This document shows positions 1 through 11,353 of a stretch of DNA of 64,000 nt, one piece after another. This DNA comes from Takakia lepidozioides (lineage: Eukaryota; Plantae; Bryophyta). Below the pieces are notes generated by a model. That model searched no databases and was not told where the DNA came from. It saw nothing but the letters and a program-made list of their open reading frames with translations. The stretch is from positions 59,768,001 through 59,832,000 of the forward strand of contig CM060731.1 of the NCBI GenBank assembly GCA_030704615.1. Direction: 5' to 3'. Every line of letters begins with the position of its first letter. Position 1 is the stretch's first letter. The position numbers and the translations under genes are program-made.

Positions 1-1923
1 GTGATGCAGCTCCAGAAGAGAACCACCAAGCACGAATTGTCTGGAACAAAGTGTCCGCCTCCTTCATTGTTCTAGCATCTTTGTACTCTTTGCACAATTT
101 ACGGTGCTGAGTCTGCATCTCTGGTTTGATGTCCGACTTTGTATGTTTTTCCAGAGATTGTGTCCAATGGAATAGACATGTACGCTCTCTTCCTTGCATT
201 GGCACTTTTGGGTCGCCCGATCCGAAGACAATACGAACAGCATTGAAATTTGCTTGAGCACTATCCGCCATGAAACCTGCAAAATTTGGAGATGGCAGCC
301 CATGACACGTATCAGGGAATTCCACATGAGCTTCTGGGATTCCGTATCCTCGGATTGCATGTCACAAACTGCAATTGTCATAACTCGTTGGTACACTGGA
401 TCGTAGACATGACAAGCCATTGTCGTCCAATCCTTCACTCGTTTCACATGATCAAACATAAGAAAACAGTTCTGCAAGTCCCCAGTCTTCTGCATCCGCT
501 TCACGAGGCTAACCCCACTGCCCTCCCCAACAGTCGACATTTTGAAAAGAAAAACTTTGATGGCACCTTGACCTGGGAATACATTGTCTTGGATGTAATC
601 GTACTTGCTCACTCGTTTCAACTCCAAAATGTTGTCTATGTAGCCTCTGATACCAGAGCCCATTCTTAATGCATTGATCTGATGCCGAATGTTAGGTGAA
701 CTCAAAGTGGAGAAATGATCCATGACCAGGTCCAATGCTGCACCGTCAAGTTTAGTCCCCACAGAATCCCCTTCACTCAAAATATGGCTTTCCAAGAAGG
801 ACTTGCTTGCGCCAAGAGCAATTGCAGATGTTGTTGCGGATGGGTTTCTCCCGAACTCCTGTTTAATCAACCTCGATACTGTCTCAACACTCTCCCTGTA
901 ATCCCCCTTCAAGATAGGATGGTTATGGAATCCGAAATGCACACAAGCTCTTGTCATTGTTTTCAAACGGTGGACAACATAGTATATTTTTGCTCCGCAG
1001 AGCGCCAAGCAAGATGGTACAAGTTTGCAGAATTTGCAGATGAAAGTGTTTGCCGGTGGTGGGGCAGTTCCAGGCTGAAATGGATTTTCCGCCAGACCCT
1101 CCCATTCGCTTTGATTATGAACCCCAGACTGAAGAAAGTGTCTGCAATTCAAATTATCACACCTAAGGTGTCCATTGCAAACTGTTCTCCTGAAAACAAG
1201 CTTGTCATCATTCTGAATATTGGATGTTTTTGTTCTGCACCACGGGTGCCCGTCGTGTTTCTTGTCCATTCCATGCATCATGATTGTTACACCTCCAACT
1301 CGCGGAGGAGGAGGCAGCTCGAACAGGATATCGCCATAAAAAATCTTTGGCAAGAACTTCACAGGCACCTGCTTCAAAGATTCCCAATCAATTCCTCGCA
1401 ACTCACTTTTGAATCCAGCCATTCCTCCCATCGCCCGTAATTTTGGAATGACACTACAAATCTCTTCTTCATCAGCTTCTCCAACCACAGTAGGAAGGAC
1501 TGGATTTGGAATTTCACTTATGTCATCATCGGACGAATCCGAAAGCTCAACGATTGGAGTGGAGGACGTCTGTTCTATTTTCACCACCACCTCCCTCTTG
1601 TCTTCAACGACCGAAGCAGCAGTCTCGGGCGTCACATATGACCCAAGGGACTTTCGCCGAGACTCTCCAAGTACTCTGTATCGACCAGGGCGCACTCTCC
1701 ACTAGCTGACATGAGCTGTCTCATCACGGTTTTGGAAAGAGTATTTCAACAACTTCCCTTTCAAATCGTACACCTCTTTCTCCAAAAAGATGGAGCCATT
1801 CTGAAGCTGAAAACGGGTAGCCAAGACATGTTCTAGAACAATTGCAAATCCATTGTCAAGGACTTCCTGGGAGAACGGCACTGGCTTGTCGCCAGAGAAG
1901 AACTCCGCTTCAGAGGAAACCAT
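1..1923 (-). pseudogene. Mutator/MULE-like DDE transposase with N-terminal Cys/His-rich (GCM-like) region; disrupted and running off the window edge
   Basis: ORFs 1702-1923 and 64-1695 are in the same frame, separated by one TAG. The protein has Cys clusters ending in HFGFHNHP, then FLMFDHVKRVKDWTTMACHVYD (first catalytic D). After a frameshift near 295 another frame reads PNFAGFMADSAQANFNAVRIVFG...RERTCLFHWTQSL, giving the second D and the CxxH motif typical of MULE transposases. Confidence 0.75.
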
Positions 1924-3241
1924 CTTCCTTCCCCGCGTACGTTAATACCTTGCTATCGCAGACCTTCAGTGTAAATCGGTTTACTGATGTCTCCAGAACA
2001 CAGTTGAAGAATGAGCAGTAAAAAAAGGCGGAGGAAGCTCTGACGACGACTGTGCATATTCTGTTATTCCTTCAAGATATGCAGCCGTCCATTTTAATTA
2101 CTTTTCTTGTGGGCCCAGTGGTCAGAGTATCCCTAGGAGCAATGTCGGCAGCTGTTAAACCGTTAATCAGAACCTCATCAATAAACACAATAATAAGCCG
2201 ACTTCCTGGAAGCATGCCACAGGATCTGAGGGTGGGATTGTAGATTAAGTAAATGTATCTTTATACTACTACCAATGATCATGCGTACCTGGAAAGTTCA
2301 AAATGTGAAACGAACGTGGGGTTGGCTAACAAGGATGGCCGTGTATGATATCCCAAAATTTGTCATCAAACTCTCGTTCATTTACATATATTTGTCTAGG
2401 ACTGTGCGCCAAGATTTCTGGGATTCGCTGTTATTTTTAAATATTGAAACCGTTCTAATAAAGAACACGCCGTTTATTTTGGGCGACACACGTCAGACAT
2501 CGATAACTGAATATGAACAGCTGTACACTAATTGCTGGCATGTGCACTAATAAGGGAACGACTATGTGTAACGATCACGCGAGAGGGAATCCGATGCTTC
2601 TAGAGACAAGCAACAACGCACGCAATCCCGCAAGAAATCGGGAGTCACTTCGTTTTTCTACTTTTCGCGCTTAGAGGGAGAGTGATAGTCAAGCTGGAGA
2701 GGGTTCCTTCTACAATACGAAAGAGAAGAAAGTCTATTTATTTTACTTCCCTTAGAGAGAGACGCAGAGCAAGAGAGCAAATGACGAGGCGTCATTTGTT
2801 GGAGAACACAGGGCCAAGGCAGCAGGTGAACGCGGAGACTGATTCACAAGAGCAGACCTTAGACTGAGGCAGCGGCTGTGACACAGTCAGCGATAACAGC
2901 GCGCGTTGGAAACCAGCCTGTGGATGTAGAGATGACTCGCAGGGAAACTGAAGGAGGTGGAAGTACGAGGAACGCTGAACCGGGAGAAGGTCCAGAAACC
3001 CTAGAGCAGACAGAAATTCCAGCTGATGTGAGAGGGAAGAGGAAAGCTGCAGAAGGGGATCCAATTTCAAAACCTAAGAAGGCGCCAATAAGTTTTCTCT
3101 AACTTACATTTCATTGTTGAAGATCTGCGTAGAGATTGAGTGGAATGTCCCAGAAAGGGATTGTGGCTACCGACCATCACCATGAAACAACGGTGATTTG
3201 CTTTCTACTCCTCTGTTAAGGGTTTACAGCACAATGAGTGG

Positions 3242-3889
3242 GTGACTGACGGTACCGTCATTCACTGTTGTTCAGATCATACAGTCTGTCTGATCGCCTT
3301 TCAAGCAGTCCTTCCTCTTCCCTTCTTTAGCAGGAACATGTGATTGAAGTCTATTGAATTGCGATCGTCGTTAACGCCATTCGATTCTCCTCATGAGATT
3401 TATTTACCTATGTGTTTGAGAGAGTGAGGGTCGGCATATTCAGTCATAATGTATTGCAATGCATTTTCTTTGTATGAGGTTGAACAAATAGAGAAGTGGA
3501 AAGGCGGTACCGCCAATCAAAGATTTGAAGACCATACTGTAGATTCAGGTAGAGTATCGATTGGAAAGTACTCTCGACATAGACAGGAAACCGTGAATGC
3601 TTGCGACGGTAATCACAATGGAGTCAATCTAAATAATCTGCACTTACTATCCGCCATAAACTATACTGAATGTCGTTGCCGCCAATCACTTACAAATATA
3701 TGTCATTACACAACACCGATCCGGCAGGTCCTTGTCTTTTGTGATTGTCGTTAACGCCGTTCGCTCTCGCTCTCGCTTTTGTTTTGAATTCGGTAGGATC
3801 AGCTTTGCTTGTGTAGATGGTTCTGAATTTGTTTCACACCATTCATTGTGAGTTTCGTCGAGACAGAGTTGGTCGTTACCGCCGTTCAT
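3242..3889. repeat. Dispersed 24-bp imperfect palindromes (GTGAATG-N10-CATTCAC family) in intron 1
   Basis: Copies start at 3242 (GTGACTGACGGTACCGTCATTCAC), 3361, 3497, 3666, 3741 and 3866, separated by non-repetitive spacers. Confidence 0.65.
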
Positions 3890-3931
3890 TATTTGCACAT
3901 TACTCAGTCAGATTTGAATGGCATCGTGCAG

Positions 3932-4560
3932 AAAACTGTGAGGTCCAAGCCTACATGATCAGAGGGGAAAGGATCTAGAGATGGGGACGAGTCTGGAAAA
4001 AACTCAGAGAATAACGATGAAGCAGATGAATCTGAAGTGCACTACCTTGACAAGGTGAAAGAACTCATGTCATTCCAGAAGGTAAACTCTCAGGAGGTTA
4101 TAAGGGACATGCTCATATCTGGAGGGCGTCTGGACATCCCTCTGTGCCGGATGATATCTATGCGTGTTGTGCGTCCACCTCTTTCCCATGACATAACAAA
4201 TTTGGAGAGTGATTTCGTGCATGGATACAGACTTGGTACACAAGTTTTTTATGTGTCACTGACGGATATAAATGGGAAAAGCACATTAGTGTCTCCAGAG
4301 ATCAGTGATACCTGGGATGAGTGCTGGAAAGATGCCAATGAGGAGTTCGAGCTGGGCCTCATGATGGGAAAGAACACCCAGCAATTCTGCAACCACATGT
4401 TCTACGTCTGGGACGGCAACCACCGATTGCTGGCATGGATGGGATACATCCAGAAACACCATGCGAAAGACAAAGACAAGCATGTTGCTGTGGAGGCAAT
4501 GGTTTTGGATCCAGGAAACAACATCAATAGGCTTCTTACAGCTATGCACGACGTGAACAA
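3932..4560 (+). CDS. Exon encoding the ParB/Srx-like domain
   Basis: Reads LDIPLCRMISMRVVRPPLSHDITNLESDF...FYVWDGNHRLLAWMGYI, with the DGxHR signature. Ends at the donor AA|GTAAGT (4560/4561). Confidence 0.75.
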
Positions 4561-5749
4561 GTAAGTCATCCTAGAGATTTCATTCCCTTTGTAGTGTCTT
4601 GTTAATCCCAAAAAAACAGTGTTAAGGAATGCAATGTTTCCAATGTTTTTGCAGATCGACAGAGAAATGACAAAAGCTTGGTCCACACACTATTCCGAAT
4701 TCAGAGGATTGGTCTGATGAAGCTGGATGATTTTCGGACAGTACCCCTCCCCCCCCCCCCCCCCAATATAATCAAGAAGTGCGAAACAGGAAGAGCTGCA
4801 GGCACTTGGTATTATTTGACTCGAGAGGCGTTTCTGGAGTACATGTATGCGGTAAGCCCGAGTCTGTACTCAGTTTACTTTTCGAATACATGTTTGTAGT
4901 CCCTTCGGTGCTAATCACTATTTGAATCAATGCAGCAAGAACTGGCAGAGGCAGCTCAGAAGGGAAAATCCGAATATTACCACACTACACCACAGGAACT
5001 AAGGACATCAAAGGGTGTGGAAGCAACAATAAAAAAAGAGTTTGAAATGCAAAGAACCAAATTGATGTCCGCGTTCGGAAAGCAGCTTAGAATAGTAGAT
5101 CCTGGACTTGGTTCTAAGTTCCTTCAGCAGATCAAATCTCACTATGACAAGCATGTGCATCCGGAGATGCAGCAGGAGAAATTGCACCGACTGGCCATAT
5201 CCATGGTCGACCCACAAACAAAAATAAGGTGGCTGGAGATATGGAACTCAGATCAGACAGTAAAGGACTTGAATCAGTTCCCAAAGAGCACCATACAGCC
5301 TGGCACAAAGGTGGAAGGAATCAGTGATTTGGTGTTTGATAACTGGCTCCACAAGGCTACATTTTGGAGTCAGGTGTGTATTCAAATAAGCCGTTTTCTT
5401 TTCTTCAATTATGTGATGAGTATCTTATTTGCAATACTGACAAATATACAATTTGCAGCTCGAAAAGCGCGCCATTATTGTGCTGGATCAGACTTTGAAG
5501 GACTTGAACATTTTGATTGTTTTCCCTCCCCAAATGTCATTGGAGGCATACATAAGGAAGTGGAGAGGTCTCACCTGGAGATACTGTTTTTTCCGGGAGT
5601 TCTCCAAAGATGGTAACATTTTACGGTCCAATGACTTTGACGGTCAGGTTGGAGGAGAGTGGGCCATGATGCGAGTTGTGTACAGGTGCAATATCATACT
5701 AGAAACTCTACTGCACTTTTTGGGAAATAATTTGGCTTCATAAGGATTG

Positions 5750-6530
5750 TAATCATAGATCCAAATTGAATGTTGTTGACGACATTCACTTCTTTGTCTG
5801 AGTCATTCTTAAGCGAGAATTTGAATTCACCTGGATTAGGAGCTTAGGGTGTAATTATAGTGTCCCTGATTAGAATTGATAATGTCCCTGAATGGCATTG
5901 ACGACATTCACATCCAAAGTTGTTGAGAGGTCCTCAAAGTTATGTAAGTTTTTGTAATGTCCATAGAGTTTACAGTGAGGGTTCCTCATTTCAGTTTGTT
6001 GAATGTCAATGCAGACATTCAGTTGTTCTGCATTGCTTTTGCCTCTTGCGAGAAATCTTGAGGCCTGATTAGCTGTGTTATCAGAGATCCAAAGTGAATG
6101 TCGTTGACGACATTCACTTCTATGTCTGTGTCATTCACCAGCGACAATTTGAATTTACATGAATTGGGAGCTAAGGGTGTATTAATTGGTTCCTTGTTCG
6201 TAATTTTGTGAATGGCGTTGACGCCATTCACATCCAGTGTTATTATGAGGTCCTCAGTGTTATGTTCGTTATGAATGTCCATTGAGTTTTTGGGGAGGGT
6301 TCCAAACTCGAGTTTCTGATTTCCATCCAATGATTTTGCCTCTTTTGAGAAATCATTAGGCTTGATTAGCAGTGTATTCACAAATCCAAAGTGAATGTCG
6401 TTGACGACATTCACTTCTATGTCTGTGTCATTCCAAAGCGAGAGTTTGCATTCACGTGGATTAGGGTGTATTTACAGTATCATTGAATGGAATGTTTTGA
6501 ATTGCGTTGACGACATTCACATCCGGAGCT
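5750..6530. repeat. Intronic tandem repeat (~290-330-bp unit, ~2.5 copies) with 24-bp palindromes
   Basis: GTGAATGTCGTTGACGACATTCAC at 6094 and 6391, with variants at 5766, 5888, 6208 and 6497. Confidence 0.85.
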
Positions 6531-7419
6531 GTCGTGTGGTCCTGAATGGTCCTTGGAGCAGTTCTCAGAGCCATTTCATTCCATGTTTTTTTCATTCTGT
6601 GCTACTTGCATCTTACTCACTTCGCGCTTTGGTGGGTTGGGTTTTATCTCATGTTTAACAGGTACACGAAATATGTGCTTATGGAAGGAAATCACCTGAG
6701 CGGTATTCCAGACTATCTTGACATGTGGTCGGACCCTGCAAACGATCCAACCATGTATACTGCAGGGATATTGAAGGACTGGAGTCCTTCTCACTTCAGA
6801 GACTGTGGCTGGTACCTTGACTGCCCACCGGAGCACACGACAAGAACAACATATGAAATATTTGAACAATAATGCTGAGATGCTGGCGCCTCTGACTGAC
6901 GAAGAGTACCAAAGAAACATAGCAACATTGGCTGCCAATGAGCTTGATGCTCAAGGAACGCCGCAGAAGGGAAAGAAGGCGGGCCGCAAACCAAAAGACA
7001 AGGCTCTTGATGTCATAGCCATCTCACCAGCAAAGCCAAAGGACAAAGACAAGTCCAAAGAGAAGGAAAAAGACAAGGGGAAGGAGAAAGAAAAGGAGAT
7101 GGAGAGTGGGCAGGACTTCACTGCTGGAAGATATACCCGCACAGTTCAGTGCGTGTTCGATTTCAAGCCACACCCTTCCCGTTCTGATTCGGCAGGAGAG
7201 ATTAAAATGTCAATGAGGGTTGGCTGTCGATGATGCAGAGTCGAAAGAGAGGATACATTGGGGTGCCTTCGCCTACCTAGGACAACATAATCTCATTCCT
7301 CAATCTGGTGTGAATTCCAGTTTCTTTCCTTTTTCTCTGAAAGTTTCATTGGCAGTATTTCAGTCTGGTTCTTTGAAACATTCTTGCCATCGTTCTTAAA
7401 AAAAACATGTTTGTTGCAG

Positions 7420-7758
7420 GTGAGCACAGGTCCCACTTTCTTGTGCGGTGTGCAGAAAACATATGCGGCTGACATTGTCATTCTCGACATCCCGGATGGC
7501 CAGGCTGTGCCAGAAGTTCTTCCAAAGGGCAAGACGCCAGGCTCGAACAAATTCGAGGACAACTACTGGAGTTGGGTGTTCGGGTTCTGTAATAATTTCC
7601 TCTCTGATGCAGGGACACTTCTGCTTTTTCAGTCATGTGACAAAGATAGTCGTCGGGCATTGGCATCATACCTGAAGTCTTCAGGGTTTGAAGTTTTGCG
7701 CACATGGAATTGTGTGAACAGCCTCTACCTTGTGAAAGGGGGTTCCCCTGGTCAGCTG
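7420..7758 (+). CDS. Exon with the N-terminal half of an N6_N4_Mtase-like domain
   Basis: Reads YAADIVILDIPDG...YWSWVFGFCNNFLSDAGTLLLF...SGFEVLRTWNCVN, matching the beta-class pattern DLIxTDPPY...L...G.+.+. Flanked by TTGCAG and GTATGC. Confidence 0.6.
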
Positions 7759-7814
7759 GTATGCCGTCTCCCTTGTGCTTGTGCTTTCATGATGAGTTTC
7801 AATGTTCTCTGCAG

Positions 7815-8166
7815 TGTCAAGTTAAATAAACACAGTGTGAAACTAACTAGAATAAAACTAGTTATTTGTATTTAACACTTGGATTTAGTTCACGTGTTAA
7901 GTCAGGTGTCAAGTTTGAGCTTGACACCTGAACCATCTTATCTTCACGAGAGCGTCAGTCGCGCAGCTCATCTCTCTTGAGTTGAGCCTGCGCGACCGAG
8001 CTCCTTCACGCTTTAGAATCTGAGTGTGCTTATGTAGGGAGTATAGGTTGTTGTGGGGTGGAGTCCCCATAGCTTGGGGTGTCCCTGGCTCGACTATTAT
8101 CTTAAAGAGTGATGCTGATGGATTTCATGTTTCTTGTGTTAAGAGTGTGTTTTCAGTTTTCTATCA
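7815..8166 (+). repeat. Terminal repeat A1 (352 bp, TG...TATCA)
   Basis: Direct repeat of 18793-19144 with about 8 substitutions by eye. Contains hairpins, e.g. TCAGGTGTC...GACACCTGA. Confidence 0.95.
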
Positions 8167-8184
8167 CTCGAGAGAGATGAGCTG
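8166..8184 (+). promoter_or_regulatory. Putative self-priming primer-binding site
   Basis: ACTCGAGAGAGATGAGCTG is the exact reverse complement of 18942-18960 in A2 and has 1 mismatch to 7964-7982 in A1. No tRNA-type TGG PBS is present. Confidence 0.75.
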
Positions 8185-8775
8185 TCTAGTTTGCTAGTGC
8201 TAAGCTAGATATGATGTTTTCTGTTTTTAAGCACTATTATAATATAGCTTGGTCATAGGGAGCCTGCAGTTAGACTAGCTATGTGTGCCGAGTGGAGCAG
8301 AACAGGAAGACGGAAACCATTTGAAGTGTTGCTGCAACAGTTCAAAGCCAACAATAATCAGCCTTGGGGACAAGGAGGCCTGCCGTGCTCAGTTTATGAG
8401 GGCACTCATGCTGCAGCGCGAGAAGGACCATTGGTCGGAATTCCCCGTTTTGGCTGGCTGGGCTTGATTTATATTGGCGACTCGGAGGCGCTCTAGAATT
8501 TCGTTGGCAGTGGGTGCTGAGCCGTTCAGGCTATTCGTGTGTGGCTTGAATCTCACCAGCCTGCCTAGCACTGTGTCGGGGGCTTGTTACAGCACTGCGT
8601 GTATATGCTGGGATTCTTGCAGGTGATGAGTGCCATGCCTGAGTGTTTGGTTTTCTCCATTGGGGCGATTTTACCGAAGTAGACTTGAATGATGTTATCT
8701 TTGCCGAAGGCATCCCTGAGAGCAGCTTCTGTAACCTCCTGGGAATGTAGCGGGTCCAAGTTTTTTACAACAAGC

Positions 8776-9004
8776 AGGTGGGCTGGACCTGCTGTTTGGG
8801 TCTAAGAAGAAACACGAGGTTGATGTGAGCTCCACCAATGGCCACGCCAAGTTGACAGTTGGAATGCTGCTGGTTTGGATTCGTGACAATCTGCTCAAGG
8901 AGAGGCCAGGTGTGCTAGTATTGATCAACGACTGTGACTGGGAACTTTGTGGGTGTCTTGAGGCCATCTTGAAAGACAAGGACAGTGTGACATTCATTTT
9001 CAGG
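8776..9004 (+). pseudogene. URM1: Captured URM1 (ubiquitin-related modifier 1) fragment
   Basis: Reads GGLDLLFGSKKKHEVDV...LTVGMLLVWIRDNLLKERPGVLVLINDCDWELCG...DKDSVTFI. Lacks the segment between ERP and RPG and the C-terminal STLHGG. Confidence 0.9.
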
Positions 9005-9222
9005 TGACGGACGTGAGAGAGGAGCGGCCGGGCAGGGACCTCGGGGTCATCAAATGGAATGAAATGTCGAGCAAGTGCTCTCACCCCAAGCGGTGCCCGT
9101 GACTGCTGCACTGCGAACTCTCTTCGTCCTCTAGCAAAAGCAGGAGTGACATGGGAGGTGCTACCCCTGACGCCAGTTGGATGTTCAGCAAACGACTGTG
9201 CCTGATTCAATGCTTCCACCCT

Positions 9223-9526
9223 CGTCAATTGCCTGCTGAAAGCACCCATCAGCTTTCTTGAAAAAAAACTGTTGGCCTTGTCTGTCTTGTTCACCAAAAA
9301 TCACTGGGATGTGTAGGCATTACCAATGCACCAGAGTGTATCATGCAACGTGAAGAGCTTCCTCCAGCTTTGACACCACATCTACAACCCCCAATATCGT
9401 CCAAGACCTCCAGAGATAGAAGGAGCGCATTCCATCAGTGGGGGAGCGAATGTAGTCAGCAGTTTCCTTCTCACGGGTCTGCTCAAAGAACATAAGCCGC
9501 TCAAGCTCCTCCCCTTGCATTTCCAT
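9223..9526 (-). pseudogene. TOM20: Captured plant TOM20 (mitochondrial import receptor) fragment
   Basis: Across frameshifts it reads MEMQGEELERLMFFEQTREKETADYIRSPTD...DVVSKLEEAL...[40 protein letters not shown]. Confidence 0.85.
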
Positions 9527-10270
9527 GTCAAACCTGTGTCGGCACACAAGCACGCACAACTCACGCCAGAGTAGTGCTGGATCAGATGGTGGCTATAGAG
9601 ATGCGAATTAGACCAATTTGATGGAACTTCAAGCTGGTCTTGGCCTTGGATTTCATGCAAAGACGGCCACATTACAGCATGCCACTATCAATCCATAAGA
9701 AGAAGAAGAGCTGAAGGACATGTGGAAATGCCTTGAGATTGTGTCGGAGATCATCAATCTCGGATGCGCTTAAGCCCAGGCGCTCGAGCTCTGCCGTTGT
9801 CCCCAATTCGGTGATGAAGGGCAATTCGTATCGCACGCGTGCTACTCCAGGGTGTGATACCCCATCCATAACTGAGGTCGAGTCTTGGAGTTGGAGAGCT
9901 CTTGGTGCCTGGAGAAGCCTGGAGGGGAACAGCCTCGGGAACCCGTAGATAACCTGGGAACAGTTTTTAATGGCGAGAACGTTTTGGTGTTAAAATAAAA
10001 TAAAATAAAAAAACCTTTTTGATCTAATTTAAATGATTTAGAGCCTAATTGGTCATATCTTTGTCAAATGGACTCCGTTTGATTCAGTTTTTGAGGGGAT
10101 AGCTGCAGAAAGGGGAAATCTACCTATTTCAACCTGATTTCAGTTTTTTGGACTTTGCTCAAAATCTATGGAATTTTTAGAGTGTGAGTGTGCAATGAAA
10201 GATCCACAATTCTGTTTCTAGAACCTGTTCTGGTCTATATGAGAGACAAATCTGTGGATGTCCTCCTTGT

Positions 10271-11020
10271 ATGGCTGGAGGAAATGAGGACGTAATTGAA
10301 GGGCATGTCTCTTCTCTTAGCCTGTGCACCCAAGGGGACAAGATTTATGTTTCTCAAGGAACTCAGACTGATTTGAGTGGAGAACAGTTGGACAGGTTGA
10401 TTGCATACTGGGAGTCAGGCATTAGCAGTAGACAACAAACTGCTGTAGTTGGCGTTGAGGGACTCAATATCGCTTTGGACAATCAGAAATTTGTTGGAGC
10501 CAGCAGTTCTGCAGCTGTAAGTGAAATACCAAAGTAGGTGAAAGCTAGGCTTGGGACACAGCCAAAGACAGCCCCGGGGACCAAGGTGTTCAGCCACAAG
10601 GCCGTGGTGTACTGGAGCGGAGGAGCAGGAGCTACACAAGTTTGTGCAATCAGACATGGTTGCAGCCGGAGACGCTCTGCACAAGGCAACCATGAGCGGG
10701 GGTTCATTAGCGATGACAAGTTTGTTCTGCGTGGAGGAGATGCAGTCATTCGCAATGAGGACACCCGCAACCGTCTCAAAGCTTTCGAGTTGAGAGACTA
10801 TCAGACCCTACCTTTGTTTTCTTTAGTGTTCAGTGAGCGGGAGATAGGGGAGTATTGCTTTGTCTCTACCTGGCAGAAAGAGGAGGAGGGTTGGTTAGAA
10901 CGAGCTACTGTAGCTTGGGACAAGGTTAGTGGCAGGTTTCTGGACATAGATATACCTCCTACACCTTACCATCATGCAGAGCGAGGCACTTTGAGAGAAG
11001 TCTGGCAGTTGATAGCATAG
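10271..11020 (+). pseudogene. Extra ORF of unknown function upstream of gag (~250 codons, one in-frame TAG)
   Basis: ORFs 10271-10537 and 10538-11020 are contiguous and in the same frame. No motif recognised. Confidence 0.4.
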
Positions 11021-11353
11021 ATCAGGATTAGATCTTGCTTGATCGGGCTTCTATTCTTCCCCTCCCTCTCTTTACTATTTTCATTACTTTGTACTTGTAG
11101 TTGCCAAAGCCTCTCTTGGTGGAGGCCAGTCAGTACGGGGTTTTGGGCTGGGATATTCTGCAGGAGCAGCATTGTAGATGGATTTCGGTGTGGGGGTGTT
11201 GATGTTTTGATTTCTTGTGTTTGGATCCCCCCCAACACCTGCATGCTTGACTGTGCGCCATGTTGGTTTTGTGTGGGCGCTTGCTTTCATAGGGATTAGG
11301 CCGGATTTGATCACCGGTCAATCCTAGAGTATGCTGTCGGTGGTGAGGCTGGA

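Noticed and set aside
5750-6530. Palindromic repeats with spacers resembling a CRISPR array
   Set aside because: The spacers are 90-200 bp and repeat each other, the array lies in a eukaryotic intron, and there are no cas genes.
8695-9297. 200-aa minus-strand ORF as a real gene
   Set aside because: It is a chance read-through of a TOM20 piece, unassigned sequence and antisense URM1.
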